Origin: Methanobacteriota archaeon
Lineage (GTDB): Archaea > Hydrothermarchaeota > Hydrothermarchaeia > Hydrothermarchaeales > BMS3B
Length of the DNA: 49,150 nucleotides
Direction: 5' to 3'
NCBI GenBank assembly: GCA_003229935.1
Contig: QIGD01000002.1
Coordinates: 1-49,150 of the forward strand
A program made the position numbers and the translations under genes. The notes beneath the pieces are model-generated. The model made no database searches. It was not told where the DNA came from and was given only the letters and a program-made list of their open reading frames with translations. Shown here one piece after another: positions 17,672 to 26,754 of the stretch (its first letter is position 1; every line of letters begins with the position of its first letter).

Positions 17672-17788
17672 CTATAGCAGACTTGTTTTGCAGGCTGGAT
17701 GTTCTTTTAAGATATGCTCTGCCAGTTCTTCTCCAGAGTTAAACTCCTTACTGCATATATGACACTTAAATTCGTATTTTTCTGTCAT
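17672..17788 (-). CDS. 38-aa C2H2 zinc-finger protein, below the ORF-track cutoff
   Basis: Own translation: MTEKYEFKCHICSKEFNSGEELAEHILKEHPACKTSLL, a CxxC-x12-HxxxxH pattern. Starts 3 nt after the nac stop. Confidence 0.55.
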   Translation of the reverse strand: MTEKYEFKCHICSKEFNSGEELAEHILKEHPACKTSLL

Positions 17789-17790
17789 AT

Positions 17791-18117
17791 TCAACCCTGG
17801 AGCTTTATTATAGCTTCGGCAAGATCTCCGTTGCTCTCTTCAAGAGCTTTTTTTGCCTCTTCTGGAGTTACATTAGTCTGCTCTGCAACAAGCTTTATAT
17901 CATCTTCAGAAATAGAGCTTCTTACTGTTTCCTTGCCAATAATCTGGTAGGTTGTCTGACCCATGGCTTTAACAACACTCACCTGAGGGTCTGAAATAAC
18001 TATCTCACTGTCTTCAAGCTTTATTATTACCTCTTTAACATCAATTTCTTCCATTTCCATTCCCATCTGTTTCATCATCTTTTTCATTTGCTTGGGATTT
18101 ACTTTTCCTGGAAACAT
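17791..18117 (-). CDS. nac: Nascent polypeptide-associated complex protein (NAC plus UBA)
   Basis: [14 protein letters not shown]...EV.I...[19 protein letters not shown] and a C-terminal UBA-like [18 protein letters not shown]. Confidence 0.9.
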   Translation of the reverse strand: MFPGKVNPKQMKKMMKQMGMEMEEIDVKEVIIKLEDSEIVISDPQVSVVKAMGQTTYQIIGKETVRSSISEDDIKLVAEQTNVTPEEAKKALEESNGDLAEAIIKLQG

Positions 18118-18164
18118 AATCTCACCAAAACAATTTCAGACGCTACCCTTAAAAACATTCCGCT

Positions 18165-18425
18165 TCATTTCTTTCTGAAATATAACTTAAAAGTTCCCTG
18201 CTCTTTTATATATCCAAGGAGAATACATTCTGTATTCTGCAGAATTCTTGGTACAGTTTCTGCAGAAGCTGGATTTGTCAATATTACCTCTGCTACCTCA
18301 CCTGATTTCAGGTGAATAGCAGCTTTCTTAACTTCAAGCTGGGGTCTTGGACAGACCATGCCAGAGCAGTCAACAACAGTATCAACTGTTATTCTACCTA
18401 CTTTTGGGATTTCAACTTCACTCAT
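18165..18425 (-). CDS. tusA: TusA/SirA-like sulfur carrier protein
   Basis: VDCSGMVCPRPQLEVKKA contains the CPxP active-site motif. Confidence 0.75.
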   Translation of the reverse strand: MSEVEIPKVGRITVDTVVDCSGMVCPRPQLEVKKAAIHLKSGEVAEVILTNPASAETVPRILQNTECILLGYIKEQGTFKLYFRKK

Positions 18426-18527
18426 TTTCCATCCTCCTTGGTTTTTACATAGAATTTTAACCTCAATATTCTATGTTTTAGATGCTGAAACAAAAAGATA
18501 TTTATATTAAAAACCTGATGTAGGCTT

Positions 18528-19211
18528 ATGGATAGAGCAGCTACTGGTGTGAGAGGTCTCGATGATGTGCTTCATGGAGGATTTCCTTTTCCCAGTGTTG
18601 TTCTTATAGCTGGTGAACCTGGAGCTGGTAAGACTACCCTCTGCATGCAGACTCTCTTTGAAGGTGCAAGACGCGGTGAATCAGGACTTTATATAACAGC
18701 CATCTCAGAACCTGTTGACCAAATTCATAGATATATGGCAGGCTACAGGTTTTATGACCGCTCTCTTGTGGAAGAAGGTCTGATAAAGTTTCTGGATATA
18801 TCATCACTGCTGCTCAAAGAGGAGCATGAGGGAGGTGGAGCTAAGGCTGCCCTGGATTTTGCTATGGATTTTATAAGGAAGAGTGGGGCCAGAAGAGTGG
18901 TAATAGATAGTATAACTCCTTTTTCCTTTACATTTGCGGAACCTAGAGGTTACAGGAGATTCCTCCATGAACTTTTTATTATGCTAAAAGCCATGGAAAC
19001 CTTAACACTTCTTGTTGCAGAATTCTCTCCTGATGAAACCACCAATCCAGAGAATTACATGGCTGATGGCGTTATATTTCTGTACCTCCAGAAAACGGAG
19101 GTGGTGGATATTTTTAAGCCTGCAATCCAGATAAGGAAGATGAAGGGAACAGAGCATACAAAGGATATTCTTCGCCTGGGTTTTACAAGAGAAGGTCTAA
19201 GGATACTGTAG
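18528..19211 (+). CDS. Single-domain KaiC/RecA-superfamily ATPase
   Basis: TGVRGLDDVLHGGFP....LIAGEPGAGKTTL Walker A and VVIDSITP Walker B. Confidence 0.8.
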   Translation: MDRAATGVRGLDDVLHGGFPFPSVVLIAGEPGAGKTTLCMQTLFEGARRGESGLYITAISEPVDQIHRYMAGYRFYDRSLVEEGLIKFLDISSLLLKEEHEGGGAKAALDFAMDFIRKSGARRVVIDSITPFSFTFAEPRGYRRFLHELFIMLKAMETLTLLVAEFSPDETTNPENYMADGVIFLYLQKTEVVDIFKPAIQIRKMKGTEHTKDILRLGFTREGLRIL

Positions 19212-19213
19212 CC

Positions 19214-19885
19214 ATGGAATATGAAGAATGGAGAAAATTTTACATAAAAATTCTTAAAGATTTCGGATTTTCAGAAGAGGAGGATTTGAAGGCAGGTATA
19301 TTATTGAAAAATTTTCTTGAAAGTCAGCAGAGAAGTGGCTGTAAAGAACTCGAGAAGTTAATAAAAAGTAAAAGAGTGAATATCTTCGGTGCAGGGATTG
19401 GTCTGGAGAGACTGAAAGAGATTCCAGAAGGAACAAATATAGCATGTGATGGTGCAACAACTTTCCTAATGGAGAGAGGGATAAAGCCTGAAATAATTGT
19501 GACTGATCTTGACGGTAAAGTTGAAGACCAGATTGAAGCATCTGAAAATGGAAGTCTGGTTGTAATTCATGCTCATGGTGATAATATTTCTTCACTGAAG
19601 AAATTTTTGCCAAGATTTAGGAAGGTAATTCCAACCATGCAAGCTGAACCGGTGGAGGGAGTTTATAACTTTGGAGGATTTACAGATGGTGATAGGGCAG
19701 TGGCTCTTGCATGCCATTTCGGAGCCGGAGAGATTATGTTATATGGCTTTGATTTTAAGGGAGCTATAGGAAGATATTCTTTTACATTAGATATTAAAAA
19801 GAAAAGAAAGAAACTTTTATGGGCTGAAAGAATAATAGGTTATCTTGTTAATAATGGAGAAAAAATAAGGTGGTATGATGGTTGA
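19214..19885 (+). CDS. mptE: 6-hydroxymethyl-7,8-dihydropterin pyrophosphokinase, MptE-like (DUF115)
   Basis: FGAGIG...IIVTDLDG...VIHAHGDN motifs. Confidence 0.7.
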   Translation: MEYEEWRKFYIKILKDFGFSEEEDLKAGILLKNFLESQQRSGCKELEKLIKSKRVNIFGAGIGLERLKEIPEGTNIACDGATTFLMERGIKPEIIVTDLDGKVEDQIEASENGSLVVIHAHGDNISSLKKFLPRFRKVIPTMQAEPVEGVYNFGGFTDGDRAVALACHFGAGEIMLYGFDFKGAIGRYSFTLDIKKKRKKLLWAERIIGYLVNNGEKIRWYDG

Positions 19886-20447
19886 TTACATTGTCATAGC
19901 TAACAGAGGGCAGTACAATCATAGAATTTACAGGAGAGTGAAGTATCTGGGTGAAGATGTTAAAATGGTACAGAACACCATTACACCTGAGGATATCGAG
20001 AAGGAAGAACCGGAGGGTATAATCATTGGTGGTGGCCCATACCTTGATGAAGTTGGTAATACTCCTGAAATATTAAAAAAATTTTATAAAGAAGTTCCGA
20101 TTCTGGGTATATGTCTGGGCCTGCAGTTCATTGTAAAAGAATTTGGAGGAACTATTAAAGAGGCTGATGTCGGCGAGTATGCAGAGGCTGAAATTATTGT
20201 AGACGAGGAAAATGAAATCCTTAAAGGTTTATCTCCCGGTTTTAAAGCCTGGGTGTCCCACATGGATGAAGTAAAGAGACTTCCAGAAAATTTTAGACCT
20301 CTTGCTCATTCAGCCACATGTGAAATTGAAGCTGCAGCTCATAATAAGTACCCTGTTTATGGAGTGCAGTTCCATCCTGAAGTCGAGCATACACCCAGAG
20401 GTGAGGAAATATTTAAAAATTTCATTGAACTATGTAAAAGAATTTAA
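19875..20447 (+). CDS. guaAA: GMP synthase subunit A (glutamine amidotransferase)
   Basis: ILGICLGLQ catalytic Cys and YGVQFHPEVEHTPRG His/Glu block. The 190-aa size fits the archaeal split GuaA. Confidence 0.85.
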   Translation: MMVDYIVIANRGQYNHRIYRRVKYLGEDVKMVQNTITPEDIEKEEPEGIIIGGGPYLDEVGNTPEILKKFYKEVPILGICLGLQFIVKEFGGTIKEADVGEYAEAEIIVDEENEILKGLSPGFKAWVSHMDEVKRLPENFRPLAHSATCEIEAAAHNKYPVYGVQFHPEVEHTPRGEEIFKNFIELCKRI

Positions 20448-20515
20448 ATATAATTGTAATATACTTCAGATAAATGGTTAAAAATACCGGAAGTTTAAAA
20501 TATTTTTAAACAAAG

Positions 20516-21100
20516 TTACGATATCGTGAGCGGGAAAGCCCCCTATCTTTTTTCCCTAGTTGTGGGATGAAAGCGAACCATAGTTAATTGTTAGCGAAAT
20601 ACTAGTATATAAGTGCCACCCACATATCTTAAGTCATTCAGGTATTCCATGAACAGTTGGTCGTTCTATCAGCTTCGACAGATGATAGAATACAAGGCTA
20701 AACTGCTCGGAATACTTATTATTGTCTATATTGATTCACAATATACCAGTTAAGAATGTTCAAGATGTGGACTGATAGGCAGCAAGAATGGCAAAGTGTT
20801 TAAGTGTCCCCATTGTGGTCACGATGCTGACGTAAATGCTACGTTCAATATAGCATTGCGTCAAGGCATAGGTCAATCTGTTGCAGACAGAGATGTAACA
20901 GAAGGGAACATTGATATCCCTAAATAGGTAACTCTATGGACGATGGAGACCTTAGAACCCCACGAACTTTAGAGGCTGTTCCGTAATCAAAAATACTACA
21001 ACAAATAAGCTAAATTTATCCTTTATTGTCTAAAATAAGCAGTCTTTCTATTACTTAGAGTAATTGTCGGACAGCCTCTTTAGTCGTGGGAGTATGTCAG
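20516..21100 (+). mobile_element. Decayed IS200/IS605-type element: left-end-like relic (F, 20516-20575), tnpB 3' remnant, right-end hairpin with MITE (copy C)
   Basis: 20516-20542 equals the left part of copy B (gttacgatatcgtgagcgggaaagccc). The tnpB remnant is followed by tagaaccccacgaa CTTTAG(20967-20972), a 105-bp insert (20973-21077), then CTTTAG(21078-21083) tcgtgggagtatgtcag. Confidence 0.75.
20613..20927 (+). pseudogene. tnpB: TnpB (IS605 OrfB) C-terminal remnant with in-frame TAA
   Basis: [36 protein letters not shown]...[22 protein letters not shown] is the RuvC-III and zinc-finger region of TnpB. The N-terminal roughly 300 codons are absent. Confidence 0.8.
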
Positions 21101-21309
21101 TTCTCAATAAGCCTATACGCAGGGAAGATGCTTTAGAAATATTGACTTGGTCAATAGCCATGTTTGAAAGCATTATAAAATACCTCAATGGCAGTTCACC
21201 CAGCATCAACATGCCAGAGAAAGCTGGACGTGAACCTTCAGAACCTCCTTCATCTGAAGAAAGAGAAGCCAGTTGGATAGGGGCACAATATTGGAAAAGT
21301 TCAATATGA
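21064..21309 (+). CDS. Hypothetical ORF; the annotated start lies inside the repeat, so any real start is probably ATG 21094
   Basis: ORF only, no family recognised. Confidence 0.25.
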   Translation: MSDSLFSRGSMSVLNKPIRREDALEILTWSIAMFESIIKYLNGSSPSINMPEKAGREPSEPPSSEEREASWIGAQYWKSSI

Positions 21310-21639
21310 ACGAGCCTGATGAAGATTTTGCAGAACAGTTTCTGGAAGAATATAAAGCAAACGGAACTATTTAAAAGGCAGAATTTGAGGCTGCACTGTT
21401 CACAATAAGGTCTGAGCTCATCAAAATAGTCGATGAAAAAAAGGCGAGAAAGATTACACAGAATAAAGTTGATGTCCTTAGGATAAATATTGAGAAGGCA
21501 GGTTTTAATGATTTAGAAGAACTTATGAATATAACCTTCAGTGATTTATTTAAAACCATGCTTTGGGATGCAAAAGCAAGAAGAGCAGAAAAAGCTTTGA
21601 AAGGTAATATAATGGATATAATCAGATAAGAATTATAGT

Positions 21640-22848
21640 CTATCTAGTTTTGTCAATTAAGATATTTGTGAGTTCCCATCCTTTTATTTTATGATATCTG
21701 CCTTTATCAGCATCCTTCTCTGAGAAAGCTTTCATTTCATCTCTGTTATTACCCAAGCCATATACTGCAAAGGGCACTGCATCAGCAGTATGAGTTCTTA
21801 CTTCAATTGGTGTTGGGTGATCAGTTACCACAGCTATTCTGAAATTCTCAAGATTATCAAGAAGTCTTCCTATAATCTCTTTATCTATAGCTTCAATAGC
21901 CTTTATTTTCATCTCAAGGTTACCTTCATGTCCAGCCTCGTCAGGCGATTCAATATGAATATAACAGTAATCTACCTCTTCAATAATTTTTAGAGCATAA
22001 TCTGCCTTATTTCCATAGTTTGTGTCATAGTAACCTGTAGCACCTGGTACAGATATAGCTCTCAATCCTGTATAAATCCCAAGTCCCTTGATTAAATCAA
22101 CTGCTGAGATTACAGCACCCCTGAGGCTGTAGACTTCTTTAAAATCTGGAATTTCGGGTTTTTTTCCCTGTCCCCAGAGCCATATCATATTGGCAGGATT
22201 ATGTCCAGCTGCCACTCTTTTTCTGTTAACTTCAGATTTTTCAAGGATGTTTTTCGAGTCGAGCATGATTTTATTCAGAAGCTCGGCACTCTCTCCATCC
22301 TTTATTAAATTCCTATCAATTCTCTCTCCAGTTATATCATGAGGAGGAACAGCTTTAACATCTGCGCCACAGGAACATATGAAGAGGTTTCTATAACTCA
22401 CTCCAGCATGGAATTTTCCATGTGTAGTGAGTCTGCTGGTGTTTAACAACCCTATTAACTGCTTTCCCTCCTGGCCTGAGATATGTCCAGCTGTAAAATC
22501 CTCAATTCTGCCGTTATGCTCGGTTATAAAGTTACATCTGAAGGCAATTTCTCCTCTGCCAAGAGGAACTCCAGCACTGGCTGCTTCGAGTGGGCCTCTG
22601 CCTGTATAATATCTTTCAGGATTATAACCAAGAAGTGATAGATTTGCAACGCCACTCCCTCTGGGCATGCCATTAGGAATTGTGACAAGTTTTCCACCTT
22701 TACCTTTACTGGCGATAAAATCCATATTTGGCGTGGAAGCAACTTCTAGAGGAGTTTTACCCTCCAGAACTTTCAGAGGATAATCTGCCATACCATCGCC
22801 AACAACCACGACATACTTCATAATAATCTGGGCAAGGAGACCACCCAT
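21640..22848 (-). CDS. apgM: Cofactor-independent phosphoglycerate mutase, archaeal type (probable start 22821, MKYVVVVGDG)
   Basis: KYVVVVGDGMADYP...TPNMD...GSGVANLSLLGY...HIESPDEAGH...VTDHPTP motifs. Confidence 0.9.
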   Translation of the reverse strand: MGGLLAQIIMKYVVVVGDGMADYPLKVLEGKTPLEVASTPNMDFIASKGKGGKLVTIPNGMPRGSGVANLSLLGYNPERYYTGRGPLEAASAGVPLGRGEIAFRCNFITEHNGRIEDFTAGHISGQEGKQLIGLLNTSRLTTHGKFHAGVSYRNLFICSCGADVKAVPPHDITGERIDRNLIKDGESAELLNKIMLDSKNILEKSEVNRKRVAAGHNPANMIWLWGQGKKPEIPDFKEVYSLRGAVISAVDLIKGLGIYTGLRAISVPGATGYYDTNYGNKADYALKIIEEVDYCYIHIESPDEAGHEGNLEMKIKAIEAIDKEIIGRLLDNLENFRIAVVTDHPTPIEVRTHTADAVPFAVYGLGNNRDEMKAFSEKDADKGRYHKIKGWELTNILIDKTR

Positions 22849-23252
22849 TTCAATGGGTGGAGGAATGCCCTACCTCACATATTTTAAAATTTGTATAAGA
22901 ATAATAATTTTTAATCCAATCTAAACCAGTAGGTATTTTAACCTGCTCAGTGTTCCTAACACTACTATCAGGTATTGGTTTTTTATGCATGTTTAACGCA
23001 GGAACTCTCAAGTTCTGCCTACACTTGCCAGAGCGTATGTCCTCTTCGGAGCTGTTATTGGCCAGTACTTTGTAGGGTACACTGAGAGTTTCCTCTCTGT
23101 TTAATGCTCCATTTACAGAGCAGGGGACTTGAGGAGCATCCCCCGATGTGTTCTCGAACTCTACCAATAACTGCATTCTTAAATACCTCCTAATCAACCT
23201 GCTACCCATATCTCTCACAAGACAAGCCACCCATTTTAATGGGTGGTGATTG
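22819..23252 (-). repeat. Hairpin-bounded ~0.4-kb repeat, copy 2, with small ORF 22850..23176
   Basis: Bounded by ccacccatttcaatgggtgg (22841-22860) and ccacccattttaatgggtgg (23227-23246). The interior aligns with 4981..5400 in reverse orientation. Confidence 0.75.
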
Positions 23253-23256
23253 GCAT

Positions 23257-24468
23257 CTATCTCCTGATTATCCTTTCAAGTTCTTCAATGCTTGGTTCAA
23301 TCTCTACAGGTTTCTTATAATGGCTGAGAATAGCCTCTGGGTCCTTTAAAGCGTTTCCTGTGGTTATACACACAACTCTTTCACTTTTGTCAATCTCTCC
23401 ACTTTCAACAAGTTTCTTTAAACCCGCAATACTTGAGGCGCTGGCAGGCTCCACACCTACGCCAATAGTCCTTGCAAGAAGCTTCTGGGCATCAATAATC
23501 TCCTCATCGCTGACAGCTTCGGCAGTGCCACTGCTCTCTTTAATTGCCTTAAGAGCCTTTGAAGCATTTACAGGAGCACCAATTCTTATGGCAGTTGCAA
23601 TAGTTTCAGGGTTTTCAATGGGTTCAATTTTGTCTTTACCTGATTTAACAGCCGTAACCACTGGAGAAGCACCTTCAGCCTGAATTCCAGTCATCTGTGG
23701 CATCTCATCTATTAACTCTGTTTCATAAAACTCCTTGAAGCCTTTCCATATAGCTGATATATTGCCGCAATTTCCTACTGGCAGAATAACCCTGTCGGGA
23801 GGCTCAAAATCGAGCTGGTCTATAATTTCGTAAGCTTCGCTTTTCTGACCTTCCAGACGCCAGGGATTAATCGAGTTGAGAAGATATATATTAAAAGCTC
23901 TGCTTGCCTGCTGTATTAACTTGAAGGCTATGTCAAAATTCCCACGAATTCCTATGACCTTGGCACCGTGTAGTATAGCCTGAGCTAGCTTACCCATGGC
24001 TATTTTACCGCTGGGAAGCAGTACATAGCACTTAATCCCCGCTTTTGCTGAATAGGCTGCAAGACTGGCACTTGTATTGCCTGTGGATGCGCATCCAACA
24101 GCATTAACTCCGAGTTCAAGAGCTTTTGTAACACCCATGGTCATGCCTCTATCCTTAAATGAGCCGGTTGGATTTGCTCCTTCATTCTTAACATAGAGTT
24201 CCTTTATACCAATTCTTTCAGAAATTCTGTCTGCTTTATATAGAGGCGTACCTCCTTCTTCCAGCGAAATAATCTTTGCATGTTTGCTGACTGGCATAAA
24301 CTCTCTGTAGCGCCATAGGTTAAAGCGCCTCCTTCTGAGCTTTTCTCTTGTAACCTCAATCAAATCCAGGTCAAGATTCACCTCCAGCAGACCACCACAA
24401 TGGCACCTGTAAATTATCTCACTGCTACTATATTTGGCATCGCATTCAATACATCTAAGTTCAAACAT
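23257..24468 (-). CDS. thrC: Threonine synthase
   Basis: N-terminal CIEC...CHCGG zinc ribbon, PLP lysine block NPTGSFKDRG, and GCASTGNTSAS. Confidence 0.9.
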   Translation of the reverse strand: MFELRCIECDAKYSSSEIIYRCHCGGLLEVNLDLDLIEVTREKLRRRRFNLWRYREFMPVSKHAKIISLEEGGTPLYKADRISERIGIKELYVKNEGANPTGSFKDRGMTMGVTKALELGVNAVGCASTGNTSASLAAYSAKAGIKCYVLLPSGKIAMGKLAQAILHGAKVIGIRGNFDIAFKLIQQASRAFNIYLLNSINPWRLEGQKSEAYEIIDQLDFEPPDRVILPVGNCGNISAIWKGFKEFYETELIDEMPQMTGIQAEGASPVVTAVKSGKDKIEPIENPETIATAIRIGAPVNASKALKAIKESSGTAEAVSDEEIIDAQKLLARTIGVGVEPASASSIAGLKKLVESGEIDKSERVVCITTGNALKDPEAILSHYKKPVEIEPSIEELERIIRR

Positions 24469-25297
24469 GTTCTCGCCTATTTTCGTCTATATAATAAACC
24501 GCTTCATATACATAGATAAAGCACATTGACAAAGTTCCAAAAATAATGTCAGCAATCAGGGCTGAGAAGGATACACCAAAGCTTGGATTTGGAAAGTCAC
24601 CAGTGAAATTCCCAAGTGCCATGATGTTCTGAAAGTTTGTAAATATATGATAGCCTATAATAATTACTACCGGCAGAGCAAGAAACGCTGAAGTTAAAAA
24701 TTTCATCACAGATAGACCAATCACAGATAAAAGCCTACTTCTGGAGAAACCAAAGCTCCTTTTAAAGGAATTCACAGGGCCAAGCGAGTCAATTACAATG
24801 GCTGTACTATAGAACTGAAGCATAATAATAAAGATTGTAATAATAACTGACCAAATTGAAATGAATATAAACATAGAACCAACAACAAAAGCGGTACTAT
24901 GGATTACAAATTCTGAAATGGAAGATATAATCGCAATTCCTATAATCATGGTGATAATAGAAGTAAAAATAATTAGAATCATTATTATGCTAGATATAAG
25001 TAGGTTAACATAATTTCTTTTCCCATCCTTAAGAAGAACATTATAAGAAATGTCTTCGCCATTTTTAATCCTCTTAATCGCACCAATAGTTGCTCCTGCC
25101 ACCAGAGGTATAAGAAACCATACAAATAAATTGTAGATTAATACAAAAATCGGGGATATGGTGGAAATTTTCATTCCGAAGACATCAAAGACAAAAACAG
25201 GCGCCATTAGTATTACAAGCAGTAGAGAAGGAAAAAGAAGAACAGGTTTTTTTGCAAGAATTTTCCAGCCTTCGAAGTATGAATCAAGAGCACTCAT
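24461..25297 (-). CDS. Polytopic membrane protein, unknown function
   Basis: 278 aa with about 6 hydrophobic segments. Overlaps the thrC start by 8 nt. Confidence 0.6.
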   Translation of the reverse strand: MSALDSYFEGWKILAKKPVLLFPSLLLVILMAPVFVFDVFGMKISTISPIFVLIYNLFVWFLIPLVAGATIGAIKRIKNGEDISYNVLLKDGKRNYVNLLISSIIMILIIFTSIITMIIGIAIISSISEFVIHSTAFVVGSMFIFISIWSVIITIFIIMLQFYSTAIVIDSLGPVNSFKRSFGFSRSRLLSVIGLSVMKFLTSAFLALPVVIIIGYHIFTNFQNIMALGNFTGDFPNPSFGVSFSALIADIIFGTLSMCFIYVYEAVYYIDENRREHV

Positions 25298-25344
25298 GGA
25301 TGATATTTTGCCTATGAGGTATATAAAGATTGAGTTATTGGAAT

Positions 25345-25389
25345 TTCATAATAATCTGGGGCAAGGAGACCACCCATTTGAATGGGTGG
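25345..25389 (+). repeat. Solo copy of the ~44-nt end and hairpin of the 0.4-kb repeat
   Basis: ttcataataatctggggcaaggagaccacccatttgaatgggtgg, compared with 22817-22860 ttcataataatctgggcaaggagaccacccatttcaatgggtgg. Confidence 0.8.
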
Positions 25390-25460
25390 TGATTGACCAA
25401 CCTGTTTTTATGAATCCCATAATATCAATTGGAACCTTCAGGGAGTATTATGTATAAAAA

Positions 25461-26219
25461 TCATGATATAAGTGTGGGAAGAATAAAACCCAAATCTTTC
25501 TTAATCATATCCGCAATATCTGCATAAACTCTCTTTTCAGAGTTCCCTATAACAATAATTTTATGCCCTTCAGATTCAATGGGAAAAATAAATTTGAAGC
25601 TGCTTCCATAGAACTCCGCAAAGTTATTATCATTATTAAAAATCTGTTCGGCAAGAGAAACTGCTTGTGCTGCCATCTCCTCTGGCTTTTCAGCACTTGA
25701 AAGTATAACAAGCCCTTCAGCACTGGCAAGAGTGAGATTTGATAACTTGTACTTATCTGTCATGGTTTTTATAAATTCTTTAGAATCTTTTATTTCACTC
25801 AGGTCAATATCTCTGGGGCTATAGGTGGCCTTAACAGGAACTTTTTTTTCAACAATCTTCTCAACTACTCGTCCAATTTTCTTTTCGATGATTATAGGTT
25901 TGAATCTTGCAATAACTTCTAGGTTTCCGGAGGAAAAAATTTTCTCCTCTTTCATCTTGCATTTTTCTTTATATTTCTTAGCTTTTTTCAATTTTATAGA
26001 TTTCCTTCTATAAATATAGGCTAATATTATAACTATAGCGACAAGAATCAGGATAATGGCAAATAAAAACGATACTAGAGACAAACCCAACATTTTTAAT
26101 GTTTTATTTGTCCAGAAATTAATGTATGTAATCTGTTTACCAAGAAAACTCAGTATAGAATACATAAGAGCCATATATGTATTTTTATTCACTACACTAT
26201 AAAAGTTTCCCCAGTGCAC
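25461..26219 (-). CDS. Membrane-anchored protein, C-terminal domain possibly Roadblock/LC7-like (start possibly internal)
   Basis: TM segment LGLSLVSFLFAIILILVAIVIILAYI. The family call for the C-terminal region (LASAEGLVILSS...AAQAVSL) is weak. Confidence 0.4.
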   Translation of the reverse strand: MHWGNFYSVVNKNTYMALMYSILSFLGKQITYINFWTNKTLKMLGLSLVSFLFAIILILVAIVIILAYIYRRKSIKLKKAKKYKEKCKMKEEKIFSSGNLEVIARFKPIIIEKKIGRVVEKIVEKKVPVKATYSPRDIDLSEIKDSKEFIKTMTDKYKLSNLTLASAEGLVILSSAEKPEEMAAQAVSLAEQIFNNDNNFAEFYGSSFKFIFPIESEGHKIIVIGNSEKRVYADIADMIKKDLGFILPTLIS

Positions 26220-26625
26220 TATTCACTCTGTCTTTTACTATCTCTGCAAGTCTTTCATCCCCGCCAATATTGGCTGTGTAGATAATTTCAACATCTTCAG
26301 GAGCTTTAACTATACTGTTATTCTCATCTGTTTTGCCTTCTTTCAATCCCAGAATGACCGGTATATCATCAGTTACATGAAGTCCTGGTAGAAGAAACAG
26401 TGGCACGACCACAATTTTCTTAAAGCCCTCCTTTATTGAAGATGTTACGGCTTCATATATACTGGGTTCCCAGTGTTTCATATATGCCACTTTAGTTGGA
26501 ACTCCAAGCTTCTCACTGACAAGCTTTCCAACCTTTTCATAAACTTCCTTGGTTTCAGGAAGCCTTGAACCATGCCCTACCACAACCACACATATGTTAT
26601 TCAACAAAATCACCTTCGTTATCAC
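26197..26625 (-). CDS. cbiX: Small CbiX-type sirohydrochlorin chelatase
   Basis: VVVGHGSRLPE...VVPLFLLPGLHVTDDIP. The 142-aa size fits the CbiX(S) class. Confidence 0.8.
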   Translation of the reverse strand: MITKVILLNNICVVVVGHGSRLPETKEVYEKVGKLVSEKLGVPTKVAYMKHWEPSIYEAVTSSIKEGFKKIVVVPLFLLPGLHVTDDIPVILGLKEGKTDENNSIVKAPEDVEIIYTANIGGDERLAEIVKDRVNSALGKLL

Positions 26626-26754
26626 TAAAAGGAAAATGATATACGATATTTATAAATATACCGTTTTGGTTTAGAAATGTTTACATTTGGGGAAACTATC
26701 CTGTGGGTTATATGTTTAGAGACTTTTTTTATTTTGAGCAGGATTATTTAAAAT

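Noticed and set aside
20973-21077. The flipped 105-bp insert as an invertase-controlled phase switch driven by the serine recombinase at 38456..39130.
   Set aside because: Downgraded rather than excluded. The perfect 9-bp TIRs, the CTTTAG duplications and an empty site fit independent transposition better. The recombinase is 17 kb away and has its own candidate sites of unrelated sequence. Only read-level evidence of both orientations at one locus would revive the idea.
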